Below, piece by piece: positions 30,698 to 39,982 of a stretch of DNA of 64,000 nt. The DNA is from a virus. Position numbers and translations under genes: made by a program. Positions within the stretch are counted from its first letter, which is position 1. Every line of letters starts with the position of its first letter. Below the pieces are notes generated by a model. It did not search any database. It was given only the letters and a program-made list of their open reading frames with translations, and was not told the DNA's origin. The DNA lies in IMG/VR virus record IMGVR_UViG_3300032116_000032, positions 64,001 through 128,000 of that record. The stretch is one strand, 5' to 3'.

Positions 30698-31469
30698 GAA
30701 ACTTATACACTTTTCAGACTTACATATCCGTCTTTTTAAAGACCACGATTTGTATAAATCAATTTTGGAAACTGCCATTGAACAATGGAAAGAGTTGAAG
30801 CCAGAACGCATCGTGTTCACGGGTGATTTAGTTCATTCTAAAAACCAAATGACACCTGAACTTATTGAGATGGTTAGATGGTTATTAACAGAATGTTCTT
30901 CTGTTGCTAAAACAATTATTATTCCAGGTAACCACGACTTCTTGGTTAATAACACAGAAAGATTGGATGCTCTTTCACCTATCATTAATTCACTGAATAG
31001 TGAAAACATCGTCTATTACAAAGACAGAGGAGTTTATGAAGACGAAAACATCAGTTGGTGTGTGTATTCACAATATCAAGGTAATATTCCGCCTGAAATT
31101 ACTGAAGCGAAAGGTAAAAGAATTGGATTATTTCACGGACCAATTCAGGGAATGAAAACAGATCTTGGGTTTGACTTTGGTGAGGAGGCATATGACGTTG
31201 AAAAGTTCGATGGGTTAGAAACCGTGTTATGTGGAGACATTCACAAAAGACAAGAATTCAAATTCAAAACCGGTAAAGGTTATATGATTGGGAGTCCAAT
31301 CCAACAAAATATTGGTGAGAGTATTGGACGACACGGTTATGGGATCTACAATGTTGAAAGTCAAGAATATTCTTATGTAGATCTACCAAACCCAAAACCA
31401 TTTCTAAAGTTCTCCATAAAATCATTTGAAGATATTGAAAATGGAACCGAAAAACTCCAAAATATTTAG
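30690..31469 (+). CDS. Mre11/SbcD/gp47-like metallophosphoesterase nuclease
   Basis: FSDLHIR, FTGDLVH, IPGNHD, FHG, CGDIH. Confidence 0.85.
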   Translation: MIKKLIHFSDLHIRLFKDHDLYKSILETAIEQWKELKPERIVFTGDLVHSKNQMTPELIEMVRWLLTECSSVAKTIIIPGNHDFLVNNTERLDALSPIINSLNSENIVYYKDRGVYEDENISWCVYSQYQGNIPPEITEAKGKRIGLFHGPIQGMKTDLGFDFGEEAYDVEKFDGLETVLCGDIHKRQEFKFKTGKGYMIGSPIQQNIGESIGRHGYGIYNVESQEYSYVDLPNPKPFLKFSIKSFEDIENGTEKLQNI

Positions 31470-32160
31470 TAAGGAAATGATGCAGGCGGTGTCTGCATTT
31501 TGTGAATCCAAAGAAATTAAGGATGTGGATAATTTCATTTACCTTTGTTTTAAACAAGGATTTGATATCAGAAAATATGGTCTTTTGGAAAAAACACTTA
31601 ATGAAGGTGAAAAAGACTTAAAAACGGGTGAAGTTCAGGAAAAACGAGTGGAAATAGAGGTAATAAAAGAAATACGGGTGGAAGTTCCTGTCGAAGTTAT
31701 TAAAGAAGTTGAGGTTATTAAAGAGGTTGAAAAGATTGTTGAAATACCTATTGAGGTAATCAAGGAAGTTGAGAAAATAATCCACACCTCTGATGATACT
31801 CAAGTAAATGAACTGTTGTCAAAAATAGAACAGTTAAACGGAGAAATTTCGATTAAAACTACCGAAATTGGCAGAATTAGAGAAGAATTTTCCATTAAAA
31901 CGGAAGAAATGGAAAATATTTTCCAAAATAAAATGTCTGAAAAGGATGAAGATTTAGACGAACTTAGACAAAAGTTAGACATTCTCGTAACAAATGATAA
32001 GACAAAAATGTTACAAGAAACACTCCAAAACTTAAGAAGTGAGTTACAACAAAAGAACGAACAAATAAGAGAATTGGAAAAAATAAACCGAGAACTTCTT
32101 AACGGTAATCAAAATCAAGCTTACCTTTTGAGGGGATCAAATTTAAATAGACGAGTATGA
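31441..32160 (+). CDS. Coiled-coil protein with E/K/V/P (alveolin-like) repeats
   Basis: EVPVEVIKEVEVIKEVEKIVEIPIEVIKEVEK followed by a heptad coiled coil. Start placed at MEPKN. Confidence 0.65.
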   Translation: MEPKNSKIFSKEMMQAVSAFCESKEIKDVDNFIYLCFKQGFDIRKYGLLEKTLNEGEKDLKTGEVQEKRVEIEVIKEIRVEVPVEVIKEVEVIKEVEKIVEIPIEVIKEVEKIIHTSDDTQVNELLSKIEQLNGEISIKTTEIGRIREEFSIKTEEMENIFQNKMSEKDEDLDELRQKLDILVTNDKTKMLQETLQNLRSELQQKNEQIRELEKINRELLNGNQNQAYLLRGSNLNRRV

Positions 32161-32513
32161 TAATTTTAATGTGGATGATTGCGGCCTATGGGATGACCAA
32201 TATTTTGGTTTACGGATCAATCTTCAACGGATTAAGAAATTGGATCCATAATAACGCACAACCTAATGTTGGATTGACTATTTTTAGACCAGTATTTGAA
32301 TTCATTTCAAACTTAATAAAATGTGTACTTTGCACATCAACATGGGTAGGATTCTTTTTATCGTTAACATTGTTTGCACCTTGGCATGAAATAATTGGAC
32401 TTAATAAATATATTTCTATATTTTTTGATGGAATGTTATCGGCAGGTGCCGTATGGGCGATTAATAGTGTAATCGAATGGTTTGAAGAAAATAGACCAAA
32501 TAATAATAATTAA
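32157..32513 (+). CDS. Membrane protein, DUF1360-like
   Basis: Three hydrophobic helices and CVLCTSTWVG. Confidence 0.55.
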   Translation: MIILMWMIAAYGMTNILVYGSIFNGLRNWIHNNAQPNVGLTIFRPVFEFISNLIKCVLCTSTWVGFFLSLTLFAPWHEIIGLNKYISIFFDGMLSAGAVWAINSVIEWFEENRPNNNN

Positions 32514-32525
32514 CTAAAAGTAAAA

Positions 32526-32843
32526 ATGGGAAAAGCGGCAAAAGAACACAGAAAGAAAGTTGCAAAACGAAATGCAAAAATTAAACAAGAAAAGGCTGGC
32601 ATGCAAAAAGCTTTTGATATGTTACTACAACAACAATTGGAAAAATTGAAAAATGATGAAATGACTGCAATGGTGGGAGATCAAGAAGTTAAAATGGAAT
32701 TAGTTGAAGATAAAATAGTTGACCATGCATTCAAGTTCACTCCTAATGAAGAGGAGTCTGCAAAAATCAACAAAGAATTTGAACCTGAATATGATAGTGC
32801 GGGATATACAATCGAAGATAGAGAGTTACCAACAGAAGAATAA
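32526..32843 (+). CDS. Hypothetical protein
   Basis: ORF in operon; basic N-terminus, acidic C-terminus. Confidence 0.55.
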   Translation: MGKAAKEHRKKVAKRNAKIKQEKAGMQKAFDMLLQQQLEKLKNDEMTAMVGDQEVKMELVEDKIVDHAFKFTPNEEESAKINKEFEPEYDSAGYTIEDRELPTEE

Positions 32844-32845
32844 AA

Positions 32846-35218
32846 ATGGATCTTTTTAATCCGCCAAAATTATTTAACTACAATATTATGATAAAAGACT
32901 TGGACTTTTCTACGTTTGAAAACCCAATTATACAAGTTGTTTGGGAAGATTTACCAGAAAACTTCACACAGGATAAACTCAAAAGTGTAAAACATTACTT
33001 CTCAAAAAAGTATAACACAACGAATGTAAATGTGTTAACAAAGGCAAAAAACGTTGAAACCGAAACGATGCAAAGTATTGATGTTTCGGTAAATATTAAC
33101 GATGCTCAGTACCAACTTGAACTAATCACAAACTATCTAAAGTCAAAAGGGCACGAAGATAAAAGTGAGGATATATTAGCTATTAATAGAATGGTTGAGA
33201 ATAGAATGTCTGGGGACGAAGAAAACCAAGCTCAATTTAAAAAGTGGTATATTCGAAACATTGAGTTCTCAAACTTTTTATCATATGGAGAAAATCAAAG
33301 ATTAGACTTTGATAAGTTAAATGGGATTGTGGTGGTTGAGTCTGATCCACCAAACTTTGGGGGGAAAACGGTTCTTACCGTTGACCTCCTAATGTTTTTA
33401 TTCTTTAATGAAACGACAAAAACAACCAAAGCCGAGGAGATCTTCAACCGATTTTCAAATAAAGACAAAGTTCACGTTAAAGGTGAAATTACAATTGATG
33501 GTGAAGATTATGTTATTATAAGAAACATTGAAAGAAAGTTATCTAAGAAAGGTGATTGGAACGTTAAAACAGAATTGGACTTCTTCAAAAAATTATCGGA
33601 CGGTACCTTATTAAATTTTACTGGTGAACAAAGAAGAGAAACAGAAGCCTTCATTAAGAATTCAATTGGAACCAAAGAGGACTTCTTAATGACAATTCTA
33701 ACAACAGGATCAAATCTTGAAGAGTTGTTAGAGTCAAAACCAACGGCAAGAGGCCAGGTTTTGTCACGTTTTATGGGACTTGAGTTTTTGAAAAGAAAAG
33801 AAGAAGTTGCAAAAGAAATCTACTCCGAGTTTTCAAAACAAAAAATTTCCAACATTTATTCATCAGAGCAATTAAAGACTGATATTGAAACGTATCAAAA
33901 CTCAATTTCTGAATTACAAAATCAAATTAAGGAAAGTAAATTAAAATTGGTTGAGACTGATGAAGCGATAACAAAAGGTAAAACATATCGTGATGATATG
34001 TTAAAGAAAAAACACACAAACATTGATCAAGAATTGAGTTTGTTAAACCCTGAAAAAACCAAAGATGAAATTAAAGAAATTGAACGTGAGAAATCGGGAT
34101 ATCTTGCAAAAATATCCGAAATCAAAGTTGTTGAACCTTCTAAATTCTATGAAGAAGAAATCCATGACAAGGTTAAAGAAGAGATCAACATTCTTTACAA
34201 AGAGATCGTTAAAGTTGATACAGAAATTGCGTCAATTAACAAATTAAAATCTTCAGTTGAAGGTGGAATCAAATGTGAACACTGTGGAATTGAGTTGATG
34301 AATGCTGCTATTACAAATGCCAAAATTGCCGAATTAGATGGATTTATCGTGCAAAAAACCACAAAAACAACACTTATGACGGATTTATCCGACAAAGAAA
34401 AAAGTTTTGTACAACTCAAAAAAGAGTTTGACGAATATGAAAAAAACAAGTTGGTTAAAGAAAAGTATGAGATTTCTGTTGAAAGTTGTGACCTTAAGAT
34501 TGGGTCGTTAAGTGATAAGATCAAAAGATGGGAGGAAATTCAAGATAAAATCCAAGAAAATCAAAAAATCGAAGCTCAGTTAATAAAGGCCGACGTGAGA
34601 TTAGATGAGTTGGAAAATCAAAGAAGAACGATTAATAATTCAATCACAACAAACGAGGGATCAATTAAATCTATTGAGGAAAAGATTGATATTAACCAAA
34701 AGAAAATTGTTACAATTAAAGAGGAAGAAGAAAAAGAAAAGATATATAAGATCTACTTGGAACTTTATGGTAAGAACGGTATATCAAAAATAATTATGAA
34801 AACAATGATGCCATTAATCAATTCTGAATTACAAAGATTGATGGAAGACTCATGTTATTTCAAATTGGAAATTCGTATTAATGAAAAGAATGAGGTTGAA
34901 TTTATTATGACTGATAATGCAACTGGTGTTGAGAAATTAATGACTTCAGGTTCAGGTTTTGAAAAAACAATTTCTTCATTAGCTTTGAGATCAGTTCTTA
35001 CTAAGATTGCAAGTTTACCCAAACCAAATCTTGTTGTTCTTGATGAGGTGTTTGGAAAAATTGCTAATGACAACTTAGAGATGGTTTATGAATTCTTCAC
35101 AAAAATTAAAGATTATTTTGAAAAGATCTTTGTAATAAGTCACAACTCAATAGTATCAACTTGGGGTGATCATGTTGTAAAAATTAAGAAAGAAAACAAT
35201 TTGTCAAAAGTTTTATAG
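32846..35218 (+). CDS. Rad50/SbcC/gp46-like ATPase with N-terminal extension
   Basis: NFLSYG, Walker A PNFGGKT, coiled coil with CEHC zinc hook, signature-like SGSGFE, Walker B LVVLDEVFG, H-loop VISHN. Confidence 0.85.
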   Translation: MDLFNPPKLFNYNIMIKDLDFSTFENPIIQVVWEDLPENFTQDKLKSVKHYFSKKYNTTNVNVLTKAKNVETETMQSIDVSVNINDAQYQLELITNYLKSKGHEDKSEDILAINRMVENRMSGDEENQAQFKKWYIRNIEFSNFLSYGENQRLDFDKLNGIVVVESDPPNFGGKTVLTVDLLMFLFFNETTKTTKAEEIFNRFSNKDKVHVKGEITIDGEDYVIIRNIERKLSKKGDWNVKTELDFFKKLSDGTLLNFTGEQRRETEAFIKNSIGTKEDFLMTILTTGSNLEELLESKPTARGQVLSRFMGLEFLKRKEEVAKEIYSEFSKQKISNIYSSEQLKTDIETYQNSISELQNQIKESKLKLVETDEAITKGKTYRDDMLKKKHTNIDQELSLLNPEKTKDEIKEIEREKSGYLAKISEIKVVEPSKFYEEEIHDKVKEEINILYKEIVKVDTEIASINKLKSSVEGGIKCEHCGIELMNAAITNAKIAELDGFIVQKTTKTTLMTDLSDKEKSFVQLKKEFDEYEKNKLVKEKYEISVESCDLKIGSLSDKIKRWEEIQDKIQENQKIEAQLIKADVRLDELENQRRTINNSITTNEGSIKSIEEKIDINQKKIVTIKEEEEKEKIYKIYLELYGKNGISKIIMKTMMPLINSELQRLMEDSCYFKLEIRINEKNEVEFIMTDNATGVEKLMTSGSGFEKTISSLALRSVLTKIASLPKPNLVVLDEVFGKIANDNLEMVYEFFTKIKDYFEKIFVISHNSIVSTWGDHVVKIKKENNLSKVL

Positions 35219-35248
35219 AATTTTTAAAACTAATTAGAATTTTATCAG

Positions 35249-35256
35249 TATATTTG
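35249..35256 (+). promoter_or_regulatory. Bacteroidota -7 element upstream of the operon containing the sigma factor
   Basis: TATATTTG equals TAnnTTTG; no clear -33 TTG. Confidence 0.5.
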
Positions 35257-35277
35257 TAGAACAATTAAAACACACAA

Positions 35278-35802
35278 ATGAACTACTTACTTTTTGTATA
35301 TTATAATTCTGAAGTAGAAAATTCAGAAGAAAAAACACAAGAAATCGGAACACAACTTGCAGAACATATGACTAGTGGTCAGGTTAAATTTATGTATGGA
35401 GATCGACATGCAATCTTCCATTTTGGATGTAAAAGTGATTTTAAAGATGTTGCTGATGTAGTATTCTTTATTTCCGAAGAAATACCGGGATTTGAATATC
35501 TTTTAACAAAAAAAGGTAGAGACCACAGTTCAAACTTTGATGAAGACAACCTTGAGCACTTAATGTCGTTAAAGAACACCACACCGAAGAAACATAAACC
35601 AGCGGCACCAAAATTAAGAACAAAAAATCTTGGTGATGGTGAAACGTTTTTGGATATTGCAGATCTTATTTTAAATCTAAAAAGAAAAGAAGTTTGTAAT
35701 ATGACTTTGGACGAACTATTAGATAAAATTAGTACTCAAGGTATGAATTCATTATCTGAAGTTGAAAAACAAAAGTTAGACGAATACTCAAAATCACTTT
35801 AA
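35278..35802 (+). CDS. Hypothetical protein with a C-terminal DUF6576-like helical motif
   Basis: LDELLDKISTQGMNSLSEVEKQKLDEYSK; TATATTTG upstream. Confidence 0.5.
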   Translation: MNYLLFVYYNSEVENSEEKTQEIGTQLAEHMTSGQVKFMYGDRHAIFHFGCKSDFKDVADVVFFISEEIPGFEYLLTKKGRDHSSNFDEDNLEHLMSLKNTTPKKHKPAAPKLRTKNLGDGETFLDIADLILNLKRKEVCNMTLDELLDKISTQGMNSLSEVEKQKLDEYSKSL

Positions 35803-35811
35803 CAAACATAT

Positions 35812-36612
35812 ATGAAAGACAAAAACACAGGGGCACCTATCAATCAGGATGAGATTTATCACTACCTTAAAGATATTAGAAAAATTAAGGTAATGACTGC
35901 AGAACGCGAACGTCATTTAGCCACACGAATGAAGTCGAATGATCTTACCTTGATTGAAAAACAACAAATTGAGGAAGAACTTTTAACAGGAAACCTACGT
36001 TTTGTAATAACAGTTGCAAAACAATATCAAAATCAAGGTTTAGATTTGTCAGATCTTATTGCAGAAGGTAATTTTGGTTTGATGAAAGCAATCAAGAACT
36101 TTGATTGGAATAAAGACTTACGTTTTATATCTTATGCTGTTTGGTGGGTTAAACAATCCATAATCCAATCTTTGAACGATAATTCGAGAACGATCCGTCT
36201 ACCGGTAAACGTTGTCCAAGACTTACAAAAGGCTAAAAAGGAATTAGAGCAAACAGGAAAAAAACTTGACGACAAGTTCCAAACTTTACCATCTATCATA
36301 GATTTGGATATGAATATCAATGAAGACGGTGATACTTTGATTGATATGATTGAGAATAAAGACGCTGTAGCACCTGACGCTAGTTTTCACACAAAAGACA
36401 TATTAAAAGATAAGTTAATGAGACTTTTAGATGTTTTGGATGAAAGAGAAAAAGTCATTGTAGGTGATTACTTTGGTTTAACAGGAACACCAAGAACATT
36501 GGAAGATATTGGATCTGACTTTGGTTTAACAAAAGAACGTGTTCGTCAAATTAAAGAAAAAGCTCTTCGTAGACTTAGAAATGATTCTTCCGAATTATTT
36601 GATTATTTATAG
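35812..36612 (+). CDS. RNA polymerase sigma-70 family factor, Bacteroidota primary-sigma-like
   Basis: Region 1.2 YLKDIRK; region 2 NLRFVITVAKQYQNQG...DLIAEGNFGL...RFISYAVWWVKQSI; region 4 TLEDIG...LTKERVRQIKEKALRRLR. Confidence 0.92.
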   Translation: MKDKNTGAPINQDEIYHYLKDIRKIKVMTAERERHLATRMKSNDLTLIEKQQIEEELLTGNLRFVITVAKQYQNQGLDLSDLIAEGNFGLMKAIKNFDWNKDLRFISYAVWWVKQSIIQSLNDNSRTIRLPVNVVQDLQKAKKELEQTGKKLDDKFQTLPSIIDLDMNINEDGDTLIDMIENKDAVAPDASFHTKDILKDKLMRLLDVLDEREKVIVGDYFGLTGTPRTLEDIGSDFGLTKERVRQIKEKALRRLRNDSSELFDYL

Positions 36613-36749
36613 AATGGGTTGAACCGAGATTACCCATACAACTCGGCAGAAGGTGCCTGAAGTCACCAGGGTGAAACTCCCCAATTCTATCTATACGGTA
36701 GAATGAAATTACACTCCCCCACTGGTACCGGTGGGGGTTTTATTGTTTT
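36609..36749 (+). ncRNA. Candidate structured non-coding RNA of unknown family
   Basis: GC-rich intergenic island (about 53% GC over 36614-36683) with several complementary pairs. TATTTAT lies just upstream and a terminator just downstream; no plausible ORF. Confidence 0.4.
36716..36749 (+). terminator. Intrinsic terminator
   Basis: CCCCCACTG-GTAC-CGGTGGGGG followed by TTTTATTGTTTT. Confidence 0.8.
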
Positions 36750-36810
36750 ATAGGGTTTATAATTATCAATCATTTGATTATTTTGATATTTATCAAATAA
36801 AACAAATTAA

Positions 36811-38034
36811 ATGAATAAAAAATTTTTACCCTGGTTTTTATTGTTTTGTGCTTTAGGATTGTCAGGGACTGCCGCTTATTATAGTGTTATAGGTTTATCA
36901 ATAATTTTCTCAGCTGTTGCAATTCCTGTTATTATAATGGGATCGTTTTTAGAAATATCTAAACTTGCAATTGCAACCTATCTACACGACAAATGGAAAG
37001 AAACTTACGGAGTTTTGAAGATCTATCTTACAATGGCCCTTGTAGTTCTTTCAATTCTAACTTCTGTTGGTATCTACGGGTTACTTTCAACAGGATTCCA
37101 AAAAAATATTGCGGGTCTTGAAATTAACAATAAAGTAATTGAAAATATTGAAGTTAAAAAAACTCGATTCGAAGAAATCAAAACTGACTATCAAAAAGAG
37201 AAAAGTGTTTTGGACAAAGATATCACCAATTTAAGAAACGCCCTCTCAACTAACACAACTACCCAATCAATAGATAGAACGACGGGACAGGTCATTACAA
37301 GAGCAAATGGAGGTAATAGAAAGGCTTTTGAGACTCAGTTAAAAGTTGCTCAAGAGAATAGAGATGGAATATCAAAGAAAATTGAATCCCTTAATGATAG
37401 TATTACTAGATTAGATTTAGAAATATTAGATCTTGCTTCCACAGAAATTGAATCAGGTGAGTTAGGTGCAATCAAGTATTTAAGTGAGATTACAGGTTGG
37501 GATGTTAAAAAAACTGCTAACTTTTTTATTCTAACTCTGATATTTGTGTTTGATCCTTTAGCAATTGCTTTAGTTATTTCTACAAACCAAGCATTTAAAA
37601 TTTATAGAAGAAAAGATGAGGAAGAAGATAAAGTTGAAGATGAGTATCCTTTTTATGATGAGGTAGAAATACCTGAAAGTTATTTTGCAAATCATACCCC
37701 CCAAGTCACCCCCCAAGTCACCCCCCAAGTCGAACCTGAAATTGTTGAAAGAATTGTTGAAGTTCCTGTTGAAATTATTAAGGAAGTTGAAAAAATTGTT
37801 GAGGTTCCTGTGGAAGTTGTAAGAGAGGTTCCTGTTGATAGATTGGTTGAGGTTGTAAGAGAAGTTCCTGTTGAAGTGGTAAAAGAAATTGAGGTTCCTG
37901 TCGAGGTCCCCTTCAAATATTACGTAAACGATAATGGTCAAATATTTGATGATCAGGGAAATGAAGTTGAAGAAAGATTGTTTAATAAAAAGTTAGAAGA
38001 GATTGAGAAGAGGGTTTTAAAATATCAAAAATAA
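36811..38034 (+). CDS. Multi-pass membrane protein with coiled coil and alveolin-like PVEV repeats
   Basis: Three N-terminal TM helices, coiled coil, a fourth TM, then EVPVEIIKEVEKIVEVPVEVVREVP repeats; TATTTAT at 36787. Confidence 0.7.
   Translation: MNKKFLPWFLLFCALGLSGTAAYYSVIGLSIIFSAVAIPVIIMGSFLEISKLAIATYLHDKWKETYGVLKIYLTMALVVLSILTSVGIYGLLSTGFQKNIAGLEINNKVIENIEVKKTRFEEIKTDYQKEKSVLDKDITNLRNALSTNTTTQSIDRTTGQVITRANGGNRKAFETQLKVAQENRDGISKKIESLNDSITRLDLEILDLASTEIESGELGAIKYLSEITGWDVKKTANFFILTLIFVFDPLAIALVISTNQAFKIYRRKDEEEDKVEDEYPFYDEVEIPESYFANHTPQVTPQVTPQVEPEIVERIVEVPVEIIKEVEKIVEVPVEVVREVPVDRLVEVVREVPVEVVKEIEVPVEVPFKYYVNDNGQIFDDQGNEVEERLFNKKLEEIEKRVLKYQK
37696..37731 (+). repeat. Three perfect 12-bp tandem repeats (TPQV x3)
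   Basis: ACCCCCCAAGTC x3, in frame. Confidence 0.9.
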
Positions 38035-38037
38035 TAT

Positions 38038-38631
38038 ATGGAAATAATTGAAAATTTAATCCAAACAAACTTTAAAAAAGAAGACAAAAAAAATCAAATA
38101 GTTCTTTGTCACACATCAAGAACACTTTTTGATTATATGGTCTCAATAAAATTTAGATTTGGTGGAAAACCTATCAGATTACCTCATTACATTATTAGTA
38201 GAGACGGTAGGATTTTGCAGTTATTAGATGAAGAATTAAATGGTTATTTTACTAATAATGATCGAATAAATTCCAAATCAATTGTGGTTTGTTTGGAAAA
38301 CTTAGGATGGTTAGAAAAAGAACCTTTAAAACACCATCACATTAATTGGATTGGTAATATTTATAAAGAGAAAGTTTTTGATCGTAAGTGGAGAGATTAT
38401 TTTTTTTGGCACCCATACACCGACATACAAGTTGAAAAAACTGCAGAGTTGTGTTTAGAGTTGACAAAAAAACATAAAATTGAAAAAAACTTTATTGGAC
38501 ACAACACAAAGGTAAAAGGTGTTGAGTCTTTTATGGGTATCATTACGAGATCAAACTTTGATGAATTTGCAACGGATCTAAGTCCGGCATTTGATTTTGA
38601 AAAATTTAATAAATTGTTGAATGATGAGTAA
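38038..38631 (+). CDS. N-acetylmuramoyl-L-alanine amidase (Amidase_2-like)
   Basis: IVLCHTS, PHYIISRDGRI, SIVVCLEN, FIGHN, DLSPAFDF. Confidence 0.7.
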   Translation: MEIIENLIQTNFKKEDKKNQIVLCHTSRTLFDYMVSIKFRFGGKPIRLPHYIISRDGRILQLLDEELNGYFTNNDRINSKSIVVCLENLGWLEKEPLKHHHINWIGNIYKEKVFDRKWRDYFFWHPYTDIQVEKTAELCLELTKKHKIEKNFIGHNTKVKGVESFMGIITRSNFDEFATDLSPAFDFEKFNKLLNDE

Positions 38632-39214
38632 CTACGATGAAATAAAAAATTTGATTAGAGCATCAAGAAATGCCTTTAATACAAATTTAAATGAAGATGC
38701 CCAACGTATTAAAAAACAGTATGGGTTATTAACAGAACAACCTGTTGAGAAGGAAGAAGAAGTTGTTAAAGATGAAAACCAATCTTTCCAAAAAGAAAAA
38801 AAGGATTCTGATGAAATCGGAACTCAAAGAGATAAACAAAAGGCTTTTAGAATATTGGCCAATATTATCGTTCTTCATGGAAAAACTAAGGCCGATCTAC
38901 AATTGACTACAGATGAAAAAAACGCATTTACCTCAAGTGTTGATGAGTTTAGAACTGATGTTGCCGAATTAGTTGAATTTGGCAGACTTAATGTTTTCCC
39001 AAGTAACGTTGAATGGTCGGGTAAAATTTTAGAAAATGATATTGAATTTTTCTATACAATAAACGAACCAAATGGTATCTACATTAATGGTCAAATGATA
39101 AAAATAGATCAAGATTATTTGGAAACAATTAATAAGTTACAAGCTTATTATGAGAAATTTAAAAATAAATGGAGTAAAATTGTCGCAACAAGACAAGAAG
39201 ATGTTGAAAAATGA
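38621..39214 (+). CDS. Hypothetical protein, possible head-associated
   Basis: Charged N-terminus with YDEIKNLIR and LNE/LTE sites. Confidence 0.55.
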   Translation: MMSNYDEIKNLIRASRNAFNTNLNEDAQRIKKQYGLLTEQPVEKEEEVVKDENQSFQKEKKDSDEIGTQRDKQKAFRILANIIVLHGKTKADLQLTTDEKNAFTSSVDEFRTDVAELVEFGRLNVFPSNVEWSGKILENDIEFFYTINEPNGIYINGQMIKIDQDYLETINKLQAYYEKFKNKWSKIVATRQEDVEK

Positions 39215-39564
39215 AAGAGTTCTTAATTAAAAATTGGAAAAATATTGTTCTTGGTTTATTGGGGGTGATTTTTGTTTATTTGTTGGTTCGAGTTTTTACA
39301 CCAACTCCTGATATGTCAGAACTTAACAAATATAAGTTAGAACAAATAGACAAACACATCAACGAGATGAAAAACCTCCAAAAAAGTTTGAGTGACTCAA
39401 TACAATCTTACCAACACAAAATTGATGAGATTGACGATAAAATTTCACATATAAAAATTGAGAAAAAAGAGGTAAATAATTTTTACACTCAAAAAAGAGA
39501 AGAGATAAAAAACGCAGACAAGAAACAAATTGATAGTCTGTTAAGAAGTAGATATAATTTTTAA
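39211..39564 (+). CDS. Single-TM coiled-coil protein (spanin-like candidate)
   Basis: N-terminal TM followed by a heptad coiled coil; near the amidase. Confidence 0.5.
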   Translation: MKEFLIKNWKNIVLGLLGVIFVYLLVRVFTPTPDMSELNKYKLEQIDKHINEMKNLQKSLSDSIQSYQHKIDEIDDKISHIKIEKKEVNNFYTQKREEIKNADKKQIDSLLRSRYNF

Positions 39565-39565
39565 C

Positions 39566-39982
39566 ATGAAAAAACTAATATTTTTAATTTCATTTGTGTT
39601 TGTTAGTTTCATATCCGAAGCACAAGTAAAAAAACCTGTCGACACAACCCAAATGTGTATTCCTTACGATGTAGCACAAAAAATGTTATTAGAACTTAAT
39701 GATTACGACAGATTGAAAGAATTATCAAAACTAGATAAAAAAGAAATCACCGAACTTAATAATAAAATAAATCTTTTAGAAAAAACAAATAATACTTGGC
39801 AAGTTAAAGATTCTTTAAGTGGTCAGATAATTTTACAAACAGAAGAAAAGGTAAAAATTTATAAAGAAGAAAATGAGAATTTAAACAAAGAATTGAAGAG
39901 ACTTAAAACAAAAAATACACTATTTAATATTATATCAGGAGCTATTATTGCTCCATTAACATATATCGCAGTTTTTAAATAA
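39566..39982 (+). CDS. Secreted coiled-coil protein with C-terminal TM anchor
   Basis: Signal peptide MKKLIFLISFVFVSFISEA-Q, coiled coil, C-terminal hydrophobic helix. Confidence 0.55.
   Translation: MKKLIFLISFVFVSFISEAQVKKPVDTTQMCIPYDVAQKMLLELNDYDRLKELSKLDKKEITELNNKINLLEKTNNTWQVKDSLSGQIILQTEEKVKIYKEENENLNKELKRLKTKNTLFNIISGAIIAPLTYIAVFK

Noticed and set aside
36616-36683. tRNA gene, or a SAM-I, cobalamin or hammerhead RNA
   Set aside because: No TTCRA T-loop or proper cloverleaf; only fragments of riboswitch consensus; CUGAAGU is not CUGANGA. Kept only as an unclassified ncRNA candidate.
37570-37941. Minus-strand ORFs at 37570-37941, 37692-37916 and 31618-31803
   Set aside because: Antisense shadows of the PVEV repeats.
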